28,774 nucleotides of DNA from a virus (Duplodnaviria > Caudoviricetes), in IMG/VR virus record IMGVR_UViG_3300036781_000129, positions 1 to 28,774 of that record; one strand, written 5' to 3'. The notes under the pieces were generated by a model. That model did not search any database and was not told the origin of the DNA. It was given only the letters and a program-made list of their open reading frames with translations. Positions within the stretch are counted from its first letter, which is position 1, and each line of letters starts with the position of its first letter. Positions 1 to 7,866 of the stretch are shown one piece after another. The position numbers and the translations under genes were made by a program.

Positions 1-7
1 ATGCATA

Positions 8-45
8 GGGGGGGTACAAATTTTCGAGACCCCCCCTCCACCCCC
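8..45. other. G7/C7 inverted tract at probable genome terminus (cos-proximal)
   Basis: GGGGGGGT (8-15) pairs with ACCCCCCC (29-36), and a further C5 lies at 41-45. It sits directly after the last gene at the window edge. The terminus role is inferred. Confidence 0.5.
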
Positions 46-52
46 TTTAGAA

Positions 53-310
53 TTATGCAGCCGTTGGACGTACAGCTTTCCTGTATATTCCGCTAACGTT
101 CTGCTGACAAATCTCTTCGATCGCTGACTCTATCTCTGCATCCTGATCAGCTTCAGACAAATCAAGACTAACGTTAGCTATCCTAGCCAGGAAGCCAGGT
201 GTGTCGTACCCTTGGTCATGGTCGAATGCATACCACTCATCGTAATTCGTGAAGGGATTCCAAGGATTATCGACAGTAGTCAGCATGTGTTCTTCGCTAC
301 CGTCAGCCAT
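53..310 (-). CDS. Conserved phage hypothetical protein (85 aa, acidic; LTTxDNPxNPF motif)
   Basis: ORF with AGGAGG RBS 7 nt after the stop of the 883-aa gene. The LTTVDNPWNPF..DEW motif is recalled from related phages. Confidence 0.8.
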   Translation of the reverse strand: MADGSEEHMLTTVDNPWNPFTNYDEWYAFDHDQGYDTPGFLARIANVSLDLSEADQDAEIESAIEEICQQNVSGIYRKAVRPTAA

Positions 311-317
311 GGTCCTC

Positions 318-2969
318 CTAACGATGAAGAGCTGAGTTGAGTGTGCTAACTGGTATGCCTAGTGAATCAGCGATCTCTGCTTGTGTGTAACCAGAAGCAA
401 GTCTTGCCTTTGCTATTGCTAGCTTAGATGGTGTGACCACAGTTGCTGCACGTGGTGTAGCCAGAGTACGAACACGATCAGCATCAGCATTGTCAAGGAT
501 CTGACTAAGCTTGTTAGTACTGATAGCACCAGACTGTATGGCCTTCCACTCTTGATCGCTAATCATTATCTGCTGCTTCTTGGCACCAACACGATCACGA
601 GCAGCAGTCAGAGCCTGACCCTTAGCCTTCTTAAGATCGGCGGCATCCATAGAGGGGTTGCTATGTTGCTTGGCGGATACCACGGCGTTTGCTATTAGCT
701 GGGCCTGCCGTTCAAGGGGCTTGTTCTTAAGGGCCAGGTTAAGCTTCGCATTGAGAGAAGCTACATCAGAAGCGTACGTTTCCTTGGCTGATGGTGAGTA
801 CCTCAGACTACCTGTAGTGATCGCTGACTTACGAGCCTGGTTAGCCAGAGCCTTAAGACTATTGGAGTGCTCAGCATAGATGTTCTCTATAGGCATACCA
901 CTAGACAAAGACCTGGCATCCTTGGCTTCTGCCAGCTTAGTAGACGGTACTGTACGAACTATAGTTCTTCCTCTTCTGTCTACGAAAGTCTCGCCAGTTC
1001 TCTCGAAGACCTTAGCACCAGTCTTAACGTCGACAGGTCCGCCTCTAGATGCAGGCCTGAGCTTTCGTTCTGGAACACGAATCTCTGAGCTTGCCTTTGA
1101 GACAATGGTCGACGCCCCTGCTAGACGACCAGTACTGCCACGACCCTGGTACTTCTCTTTCAGTGCTGCTATTCCGTTGTCTATATAGGACGCTCTGTAG
1201 TTAAGACTGTGCTTCTCAGCATCAATCACAACCATTGAATGACGAACTGCTCGAGCAAGCTCGTCAGGCTTGGCGCCCTTAATAGTCATGTCTGTAATCA
1301 GGTTTGAGACGTCACCCATTTGCTGCTGCTTAGATCTAGGCGACATCACCTTCATTCCTGGATAGGCAGGATAAGCCTGCTTAGGATCGAAGTTCTGAAG
1401 ACCCTTGAGTGGCGACGAAGTCTTTACTTCACGTCTCGTATTCGGTATAACGAGAACTGTGTCGCCATCGAAGTCTGCTCCTGACAGACGTTCAGCAACC
1501 TTAGGATGAATGCCTATTGCATCGAGAGCATTGCCTAGTGTTGCTCTTGCTTCTGGATGTTTGTTATTGACAGTGACTTCTGGAATCTCGAACGTTCCGC
1601 CATGAGGAAAGCGGATCAGTGCAACCTTCTCACCATTCCTGTAATTAGGCGCATAGACTTCGCCTTCTTTCAGGGATTCGATGGGAAGAATTACATGAGT
1701 CCCTTGCCGTGGGAGAGCAGCAGCCTTCAAGTGAACTGATGCATAATCCGCACTGTCAGCGTACGATTCGAGAAGCTTCTTCTTAACTACAGGATTCGTC
1801 AAACGGTTAATCTCATTTAGCTCATCTTGACGAGAAGCTAGTGCGAGATCGAGCTGACGCTTAGCCAAAACAGTACTTTGCTTTGAGAGAACTTGACTAG
1901 ACAAGCTGCGAGACCAGTCTTTCCAGTCTCCTTCTTCATTGACTATGTTCATAGGTGAAAGATGTTCTTTCCCATCTTTACCTGTATAAGTCTTCTGCCT
2001 GACTGTGGAACCGAAAGGATTCTCTTCATCCTTCTGAAGTTTCATGGCGTCGAGCTTGTTACCTGTGTCAGACTTGTTTGTGTTGAACACAAGATCTACT
2101 CCAGCAGGCAAGTCGTTCCTGTACATCGCCATGCCTTTGAGATAATGTGTTCCATCCACAGCAACTCTGACTTGTGCATACCGAGACGAACCCAGAGATA
2201 CGTCATCTACGCCAGGACGAACGAAGATAACGCCATCTGCATTAGCACCACCATCTTCAGCATATCTGACTGAGATACGCTTTGAGTTTACATTGGTGGG
2301 GGGCTTAATTTTGGTATAGCTAAGGCCACCGTCTTCACTGTAAGCAGCAACCGTCTTGATGTTTCCTGGATTCTTGACGATGTCCACGTACTTCGTTCCT
2401 GGTGCAGCAAGGACCTTGATCGTTGTCTTCTTGCCAGTCCCTAGCTGATCAACCTGAACATTGTGAACTTCATAACCTCGTTCCCGAAGCATGGCTACAG
2501 ACGTCGAGAGTTTGGTCGAACTGATTCCAAGGTGATTCTCAGTACCAGTTCCTATATCCAGAAAACTTCCAGAATCCACTTTGCTCTGAAGAAGGTCTGC
2601 TGTAGTGACCAGAATGTCGCGCTTCTGCGAAAGGGCAGGATTGAGAAGAGTCCTGACAGTTGACTCGTTAAGACCCATCCTTTGCCCAATTGCAATATTG
2701 GACATACCTTTGTCTTTGAGCCTCAGAGCTTGCGTAGCATTAGAAGCGTGAATTTCATTCTTTGCTATCGCACGAGCAGCTCTGAGTGCAGTTGTCGTAG
2801 TTCCGAAGCCCTTAGCTATCTCTACTTCAGACAGACCTTGAGCTCTGAGACTGTCGACATGTCCAAGGAAACCACGGCTTCTTTCCTGAACTGTTCCGCC
2901 AGATCCCCAAGGATAGCGGCCAGACCGGCGAAGAATACCGTAGTGCAACAATTCGTCAACTGTTATCAA
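318..2969 (-). CDS. Putative single-subunit two-barrel (YonO-like) DNA-dependent RNA polymerase with HTH domains, 883 aa
   Basis: RLSGADFDGDTVLV (DFDGD at 1461-1475) matches the NADFDGD Mg-binding loop. It is preceded by LIRFPH (RxP motif), and a YLKGMA motif lies further upstream. HTH-like segments occur at the N- and C-termini. The TTG start overlaps the upstream TGA. Confidence 0.75.
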   Translation of the reverse strand: MITVDELLHYGILRRSGRYPWGSGGTVQERSRGFLGHVDSLRAQGLSEVEIAKGFGTTTTALRAARAIAKNEIHASNATQALRLKDKGMSNIAIGQRMGLNESTVRTLLNPALSQKRDILVTTADLLQSKVDSGSFLDIGTGTENHLGISSTKLSTSVAMLRERGYEVHNVQVDQLGTGKKTTIKVLAAPGTKYVDIVKNPGNIKTVAAYSEDGGLSYTKIKPPTNVNSKRISVRYAEDGGANADGVIFVRPGVDDVSLGSSRYAQVRVAVDGTHYLKGMAMYRNDLPAGVDLVFNTNKSDTGNKLDAMKLQKDEENPFGSTVRQKTYTGKDGKEHLSPMNIVNEEGDWKDWSRSLSSQVLSKQSTVLAKRQLDLALASRQDELNEINRLTNPVVKKKLLESYADSADYASVHLKAAALPRQGTHVILPIESLKEGEVYAPNYRNGEKVALIRFPHGGTFEIPEVTVNNKHPEARATLGNALDAIGIHPKVAERLSGADFDGDTVLVIPNTRREVKTSSPLKGLQNFDPKQAYPAYPGMKVMSPRSKQQQMGDVSNLITDMTIKGAKPDELARAVRHSMVVIDAEKHSLNYRASYIDNGIAALKEKYQGRGSTGRLAGASTIVSKASSEIRVPERKLRPASRGGPVDVKTGAKVFERTGETFVDRRGRTIVRTVPSTKLAEAKDARSLSSGMPIENIYAEHSNSLKALANQARKSAITTGSLRYSPSAKETYASDVASLNAKLNLALKNKPLERQAQLIANAVVSAKQHSNPSMDAADLKKAKGQALTAARDRVGAKKQQIMISDQEWKAIQSGAISTNKLSQILDNADADRVRTLATPRAATVVTPSKLAIAKARLASGYTQAEIADSLGIPVSTLNSALHR

Positions 2970-3526
2970 GCTATCCCCCCCATCTTGAGGTTCTCGATGT
3001 GCTGGTCGAAAACTACGATCTTACTCATTATATGAGCGATCACGTCTACGCCAGGATTTTTAATCTCTACTACGTCATTCTGGTAAATACGCAACTCTAT
3101 CTCAAGCTCTCCTGGCTTGAAGGCATACTCAAGACAGAACAAAGCTGCGTAGATCTCTAGCTGATGCATAGAACCTGGAATGATGCCTGTCTTCAGATCG
3201 TGGATTCGAAGAACGTTTCTTGCAGAGGCGATCGCGTCACAAGTGCCGTAACAGTTGACTGAATAGAACAGCACTTGTTCAGTAGACATGCGATAGCCGA
3301 TTGCATCGTTCACATACATGTTAAGCGTTTTGCTAGATCGTGGAAGCTTGACACCGAGTCTGATGGCGTTATGCGCAAAGGCGTGAAGTTCAGTGCCTCT
3401 CCTGGCTGCCTGTGCGTTGTTATACGACTCTGTCAGTTTGTCGGCGTCGTAGTTGATCCAGTGATACTTGCTGGCGCTTAGAAATGCGTGCTGGCCCACG
3501 AGATTCAAATGCGTGTTGAAGATCAT
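2966..3526 (-). CDS. Cas4/RecB-like PD-(D/E)XK exonuclease
   Basis: Motifs RGTELH, GTCDAI, IHDLKTG and QLEIYA are typical of phage Cas4-like/DUF2800-type nucleases. Confidence 0.8.
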   Translation of the reverse strand: MIFNTHLNLVGQHAFLSASKYHWINYDADKLTESYNNAQAARRGTELHAFAHNAIRLGVKLPRSSKTLNMYVNDAIGYRMSTEQVLFYSVNCYGTCDAIASARNVLRIHDLKTGIIPGSMHQLEIYAALFCLEYAFKPGELEIELRIYQNDVVEIKNPGVDVIAHIMSKIVVFDQHIENLKMGGIA

Positions 3527-3794
3527 TGAGAACTTGTTCCTCGTTGCCCGGATGGATGAATGCCGCGAAAGACATCGCGTCCATCAAATCCACATAGTTG
3601 GCTTGATTTGGCTGGACCTTAGCCGTAGCGCTAGCTTTGCATTCCAGTGCTGCCCAGTTCTGTCTCCAGAGGATCAGCAAATCCGGAACGCCTTGAAGAT
3701 AGTTAGGATCGTTTCTCAGAATCATGCATCCAGGGAACATTCTTCTGAGCTTTCGAATAATGTATGCCTGGAATCTGCTTTCTTTTCCAGTCAT
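3420..3794 (-). CDS. VRR-NUC domain nuclease
   Basis: ESRFQ..I, GVPDLLIL, ALECK and QPNQ motifs, with a GAGGAAG RBS. The C-terminal tail overlaps the next gene by 107 bp. Confidence 0.8.
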   Translation of the reverse strand: MTGKESRFQAYIIRKLRRMFPGCMILRNDPNYLQGVPDLLILWRQNWAALECKASATAKVQPNQANYVDLMDAMSFAAFIHPGNEEQVLNDLQHAFESRGPARISKRQQVSLDQLRRRQTDRVV

Positions 3795-3820
3795 CGCTTC
3801 CTCTCTTAAGCGATATGGAA

Positions 3821-3878
3821 GTGCAGGCCGTCTGAGCCCCGTGGATCCCCGCTAGGTCCAAACTCAGACGGCCCGCAC
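3821..3878. other. Long GC-rich inverted repeat in the leader of the VRR-NUC/Cas4/RNAP operon
   Basis: GGCCGTCTGAG (3826-3836) and CTCAGACGGCC (3863-3873) form a perfect 11-bp stem, extended by GTGC/GCAC. Confidence 0.7.
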
Positions 3879-3888
3879 GATCGTGAAG

Positions 3889-3934
3889 AAAAAACAGAGG
3901 AATGCCGCTCGCTGATGAGCATGCGTTCTCTGTT
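3889..3934 (-). terminator. Intrinsic terminator-like hairpin directly downstream of promoter motif copy 1
   Basis: Minus strand reads AACAGAGAACGC..GCTC-loop-GAGC..GCATTCCTCTGTT running into a T6 tract. Confidence 0.6.
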
Positions 3935-3937
3935 CCT

Positions 3938-3965
3938 TCTATTATAGTCCATGTTTTTACGCCGA
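3938..3965 (-). promoter_or_regulatory. Phage promoter-like motif, copy 1 (degenerate)
   Basis: Minus strand TCGGCGTAAAAACATGGACTATAATAGA aligns without gaps to the other three copies and contains TATAAT. Confidence 0.6.
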
Positions 3966-4019
3966 GTTGGACATTCGGCGCTGTGTTAGACAATTTCCAA
4001 TCGGAAGGACATTTTGACT

Positions 4020-4212
4020 CTCGTGTGATAATGTGCGATATTTTTCGGTCTACCTCGCTGCTGTACGCTGTGAGCGTTTCTGGGCTCCCCTATATTATAT
4101 ATACTACTACTACTACTACTATAATAAAATAATTATCACATATATCACAAGATAGCTTTGAGCTGCGAGTTTACCAAGATAACCCAATCTCAAAACCACC
4201 TCGTTGTGATAA
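4020..4212. other. Putative replication origin (AT-rich core, (TAC)6 tract, TATCACA repeats)
   Basis: Non-coding. AT-rich at 4091-4150, (TAC)6 at 4102-4119, TATCACA at 4134 and 4143, inverse TGTGATA at 4024 and 4205. Adjacent to the helicase gene. Confidence 0.5.
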
Positions 4213-4214
4213 CT

Positions 4215-5351
4215 TTAATAGCACACCTTCATGAACCTAGTTTCGTTGAAATTGCGCTTTTCATGCTGTGCGGTTTTGATACCCCTATCTATGATGTTTT
4301 GAGAGGCCAATGTGAAGTATTTCATCTCGCTGAATGACGTATTCAGACGGTCAATTCGGCCTTTTGCTTGCTCCGTGGCCCTGTAAGAGTACGTCAGAGA
4401 GTAGAAGACCATCGTATCTGTGGTGATGCAATTCCATCCTTCAGCCCCTGCAGCGTACTGAACGAGATATACCCACTCATCTCCAGAAGGTATCTCTTCA
4501 TGCTTGTGACCGTTCCATTCTGCTAGTGTTACATCAAGAGTTCTGAGAATCTCCAGTTCATAATCGAAGTTGTAGAAGATAATCATCTTGGGATGCTCAA
4601 TCAAGAGATCCCGGATCGCCTGCACCCTTGACTGGTGTGAATTGACTACACGCCTTCCAAGGCTGAAGAGCTCAGACACGTGACGAATTGGCCGCTCTTC
4701 AAGGTAGTTCCAGCGTCTCTTCCACACCACATCGAAGAGGTCTTTGTCGTAGTCTGCGAAGACATCTACCTCACGCCGTGTCGTCTTTTTCTCGAACGGC
4801 ATCTCCACGAGAATCCTTGAAAGCAGCCAGGCTAGTTTTTGAGTACCCAGGATGCGTTCTACTTTGGGGTACTTCGTAAACCGTGAATAGACGACATGCT
4901 CCCTCAAGAACTCCGTACGATTCTTGTAGAAGCCGTTGGCCACGAACACAGGAACATAGTCCAGCCACGTGTCTCCAGGCGTCGCACTGACCAGTACCCA
5001 GTTGTTTTTCTTGGTTATTGTCAGAAACGCTTTCACCCATATCCCTGATCCCACCACTCTTTGCTCATCGAAGATGAAGAACGCTCCCTCAACGTCCTCG
5101 TAATCCATCAGGTTATTCCACGAGTCCACCTCCGGAAACAGAGCCATGCTCTGAGCTTCAGCCTGCCAGTCTCCACTGTCTCGCTTCTTGGCTGTGGTTA
5201 TGACTATGAGCCGCTCAGGCTGCTCTGTATCATCGTAGTACGACAAGGCAGTCAAGCTCTTGCCTGTTCCAGTAGCTCCTTTCAAGATGCATCCATTGTG
5301 CATCTCCATCATTGCTTTCTTCTGATGTGGCATGAGCTCGTTGCGGCTCAC
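4215..5351 (-). CDS. SF2 (SNF2/DEAD-like) DNA helicase
   Basis: Q motif (LMPHQ), Walker A GATGTGKS, Walker B FIFDEQ, SAT motif, AGAEGWN and QAKGRIDR. Start reassigned to GTG 5351 after the AAAGGAGG RBS. Confidence 0.9.
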   Translation of the reverse strand: MSRNELMPHQKKAMMEMHNGCILKGATGTGKSLTALSYYDDTEQPERLIVITTAKKRDSGDWQAEAQSMALFPEVDSWNNLMDYEDVEGAFFIFDEQRVVGSGIWVKAFLTITKKNNWVLVSATPGDTWLDYVPVFVANGFYKNRTEFLREHVVYSRFTKYPKVERILGTQKLAWLLSRILVEMPFEKKTTRREVDVFADYDKDLFDVVWKRRWNYLEERPIRHVSELFSLGRRVVNSHQSRVQAIRDLLIEHPKMIIFYNFDYELEILRTLDVTLAEWNGHKHEEIPSGDEWVYLVQYAAGAEGWNCITTDTMVFYSLTYSYRATEQAKGRIDRLNTSFSEMKYFTLASQNIIDRGIKTAQHEKRNFNETRFMKVCY

Positions 5352-5364
5352 AATACCTCCTTTC

Positions 5365-5431
5365 AAAAATTAGAGAGCGAGCACAGAGGTCTGGGGCAGA
5401 GCTGACGGCTCCACCCCAGACTTGTGCACTC
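5365..5431 (-). terminator. Intrinsic terminator-like hairpin
   Basis: GTCTGGGG (5389-5396) and CCCCAGAC (5414-5421) with flanking GCACA/TGTGC and inner GAGC/GCTC. T5 follows on the minus strand. Confidence 0.6.
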
Positions 5432-5625
5432 CAAACTAAAACGCATCAAACATGTAACTACCACCAGAATCGTTGCCGTAGGCTTCCGTTACCACAGTTA
5501 GACCGGCAGGCACAATATCTGTACCTCTTCCACGTCAGTCTTCGGCCGTGTTGGCGGTCGCCGCATACGCCCGCTCCTCTCGGTTCCCCAGTTCTTCCGC
5601 TGGCCTACTGACCAGAACGGAAGTC

Positions 5626-5751
5626 TTAGTTCAGGCCGGCGAAGTAATCAGCCATCAAGACAAGTATCCCGATGACAAGAAACAGGAGGGCACAGACTAT
5701 GAGAGCCGCTGCAATTCTGTAGATCAGCTCCCGCCACAGTTCCCTGGACAT
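5626..5751 (-). CDS. Small membrane protein (41 aa, not in ORF track)
   Basis: Read by hand: MSRELWRELIYRIAAALIVCALLFLVIGILVLMADYFAGLN. It starts 1 nt after the previous stop and has one TM helix. Confidence 0.7.
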   Translation of the reverse strand: MSRELWRELIYRIAAALIVCALLFLVIGILVLMADYFAGLN

Positions 5752-5752
5752 G

Positions 5753-5941
5753 TCAGATCTTTTCAGGGAAAGTGACCAGGTACTTATCCACTTCCTGCAG
5801 CTGCGCCCTGTACTGAGTTTCTGAATCCACGTCGTCGAACTCGTAGTCAGTACCAGGATTGTGCAAGGCCCTGATGAGATCCTGGCGGTAATCGGATGCT
5901 TCTTCCTGAGTCAGGCTGGTGACGTTTAGAACGATGTTCAT
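5753..5941 (-). CDS. Hypothetical protein (62 aa)
   Basis: ATGA-coupled to the upstream gene. Confidence 0.7.
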   Translation of the reverse strand: MNIVLNVTSLTQEEASDYRQDLIRALHNPGTDYEFDDVDSETQYRAQLQEVDKYLVTFPEKI

Positions 5942-6210
5942 GGATCATCAATCTTGTGTATGACTTCGAACGGCTTCTGTCTCTCGGGCAAGGGAGACGC
6001 TGAGTCCTGATACTCGAACTCTTGCCTGGTACCAGGAAGGAAGGGTCTTGACTGCAGATCCCTCGCCAGTGCTTCCTCAGTCGGCACGCATTTCTGCAGC
6101 CACATCTCGCACTCATCGAGCTTGGTTCTTGCCAGGGATTTCTCCCGGCCGTCTTCAAACTCCTCGAACAGTTCACGCATTCTTCCGAACTGATAGATAG
6201 GATTCATCAT
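5938..6210 (-). CDS. Hypothetical protein with Acb2/Tad1-like helical hairpin motif (90 aa)
   Basis: GREKSLARTKLDECEMWL resembles the RE-x-(S/A)-x-A-x-T-(K/H)-(L/V)-E-E-A-x-M-W motif. ATGA-coupled. Confidence 0.55.
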   Translation of the reverse strand: MMNPIYQFGRMRELFEEFEDGREKSLARTKLDECEMWLQKCVPTEEALARDLQSRPFLPGTRQEFEYQDSASPLPERQKPFEVIHKIDDP

Positions 6211-6506
6211 ACGTCGATATCAGCTCCGTCCGATGTCTTGAGGTGGAAGTCTTCAGGTCCAGGAACGATGAATCTGAACCCATCTCCAGCACACACAAGG
6301 TAGCTGAGGCTGTAGACCTCGATTCCCTCGCTAGTGTATGTAACGGCCTTAAGCCGGACTGCGCCGATCTCTACTGGATTGTAGACAAGAGTTTCGCCCG
6401 GCTTGGTCTTGAATGATGTTCTCTTGATTTCCTCTTCTTTGCAGTCGTACAAGACTATGTCGACTCTTCGGATGTCAGAAATCAAGGAACGAAGGCCTTC
6501 TATCAT
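6207..6506 (-). CDS. Hypothetical protein (99 aa)
   Basis: TAATG overlap with the upstream gene. Confidence 0.7.
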   Translation of the reverse strand: MIEGLRSLISDIRRVDIVLYDCKEEEIKRTSFKTKPGETLVYNPVEIGAVRLKAVTYTSEGIEVYSLSYLVCAGDGFRFIVPGPEDFHLKTSDGADIDV

Positions 6507-7015
6507 TACTCCTCGTCAGGCTCGTCGTGCTGCATGATCGCCGCGGCCGCACTGTCGGGGACGTCAAGATACTTCTTCTCGAGCTCGTCCTCCTGAATCG
6601 TAACGTAGATCGACTTGACGTAGGCCTTCACACCTGTGCGCCCGTTGACGTCCCACTGGTATGGACGGATAATCATGTCCACGTTCACGATCTCAGCCCA
6701 GTCAAGGACTGACACCATGCTTTCGTCGAGCGGCGTCTTGCCGCGGCTTGTGATCATGACCACACGCGGTGGATTCCGGCCGTAGTGAACGCTGACCTCG
6801 AGCCTGGGCTGGGGCTCATCGCCCTCTTCCCGAGGCTGGAGATACTTGACGTTCCAGCCGTCCCTGAGCATGGCCTTCGCTTCCTCATCGCCCAGAAGGA
6901 CGTTGAAGTTGCGCTGGCCCTTAGCGTTGAACCGGCCTTCCTCACCTGAGAAATTCCGGAACAGAATCCGCCGGTCCTCAAGGACGACTGGCTGCATCTG
7001 CTGCCTACCCGCCAT
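6506..7015 (-). CDS. Putative single-stranded DNA-binding protein
   Basis: FRNFSG..RFN..G.RNF motif, beta-rich body and acidic C-terminus (HDEPDEE), located in the replication region. Start reassigned to ATG 7015 (GAGGTGG RBS). Confidence 0.6.
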   Translation of the reverse strand: MAGRQQMQPVVLEDRRILFRNFSGEEGRFNAKGQRNFNVLLGDEEAKAMLRDGWNVKYLQPREEGDEPQPRLEVSVHYGRNPPRVVMITSRGKTPLDESMVSVLDWAEIVNVDMIIRPYQWDVNGRTGVKAYVKSIYVTIQEDELEKKYLDVPDSAAAAIMQHDEPDEE

Positions 7016-7283
7016 CTTCCACCTCATCGGGGAATACCACGTTGTCGAACTTCTTGTATGCGTCGAGGTATGTCTCATGTCTGTCGCCGTTGTGGGTGAC
7101 TTCGTAGTACATACCGTCGGGCAGTGTCGTGCTCACCAAGGCCTTCCAGTTTTGGAGAGTCTTGCTGAACCACACGACGTAGACGTCCTCGTCCTTGAGT
7201 TTGACGTTATCCGTCTTGTCAAGGTGACCTTTCAGCCACATCCGGACGAGGAACTTGGCTTTCTCCTGAATGGGAAGTGACAT
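7005..7283 (-). CDS. DUF6275-like phage protein (92 aa)
   Basis: VYVVWFSKTLQNWKAL.ST...DGMYYEVT.NGD..E.YLDAYKK pattern. Confidence 0.75.
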   Translation of the reverse strand: MSLPIQEKAKFLVRMWLKGHLDKTDNVKLKDEDVYVVWFSKTLQNWKALVSTTLPDGMYYEVTHNGDRHETYLDAYKKFDNVVFPDEVEDGG

Positions 7284-7597
7284 CAGATGATATTGAACCT
7301 CTCCAGGACCGCCGTCAGGCCTTCGATGTGGTTCTCCTGCGCCGTCGCCAGGGCACCCAGGTCCTTGTCATGGATGAACTGCGTCTGCGCCTTGATGAAG
7401 GCGTTCTGAACCTGCGTCAGAAGCTGGACCGCGGCCACGTTCATGTCGGTCAGGTCGACCTTCTTCGGCTGGTTGTCAGGCGTGTACATGGGAAGACCGG
7501 CTTCGCTTCTGGCCGCGTTGGGGTTAACCGCGTTTTCCAGATCGGACTTCGCATCCCTCTGAGCCTTCTCAGCCGCATCTCCGATTGGGTTGGACAT
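7283..7597 (-). CDS. Hypothetical protein
   Basis: ORF with AAAGGA RBS before ATG 7597 and TGATG coupling to the downstream gene. Confidence 0.7.
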   Translation of the reverse strand: MSNPIGDAAEKAQRDAKSDLENAVNPNAARSEAGLPMYTPDNQPKKVDLTDMNVAAVQLLTQVQNAFIKAQTQFIHDKDLGALATAQENHIEGLTAVLERFNII

Positions 7598-7662
7598 GTC
7601 ATGTTCCTTTCCACCATTGTGCACTGGGGTGTGTGTTGATTATGACTGTTGAGCTGGGTTTT

Positions 7663-7866
7663 CTAGAGAAATTTACGGAATTCGGCCGCCATCTCTGTGG
7701 CCTTCTCCATCTCACCTGCCAGCCTTGCACGAAGCTCGTCTGCTTCGTCCTGGGTAATCGCGCCCGATTCATGCAGGACAGTGACGTTGCCAATGTCGAT
7801 CTCACAACGCTCAGCGAATGCCTCTATCGCTGCAATCATCACCATCCGTGCGTTCTCGCCCATCAA
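7663..7866 (-). CDS. Hypothetical protein (67 aa)
   Basis: Coupled to the upstream ORF, with a GAGAGGA RBS. Confidence 0.65.
   Translation of the reverse strand: MMGENARMVMIAAIEAFAERCEIDIGNVTVLHESGAITQDEADELRARLAGEMEKATEMAAEFRKFL

Noticed and set aside
2966-3526. Cas4-like gene as evidence of a CRISPR-Cas system
   Set aside because: No repeat-spacer array or other cas genes were seen. Stand-alone Cas4-like nucleases are common in phages.
3703-4132. ORFs 3703-3993 (-) and 3902-4132 (+)
   Set aside because: They cross the promoter motif, hairpins and the TAC repeat (giving poly-Thr). The region is better explained as non-coding.
5440-5625. Possible tRNA in the intergenic gaps
   Set aside because: No cloverleaf with a T-loop GTTCRA and matching acceptor stem was found by eye. 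tRNAscan-SE would settle it.
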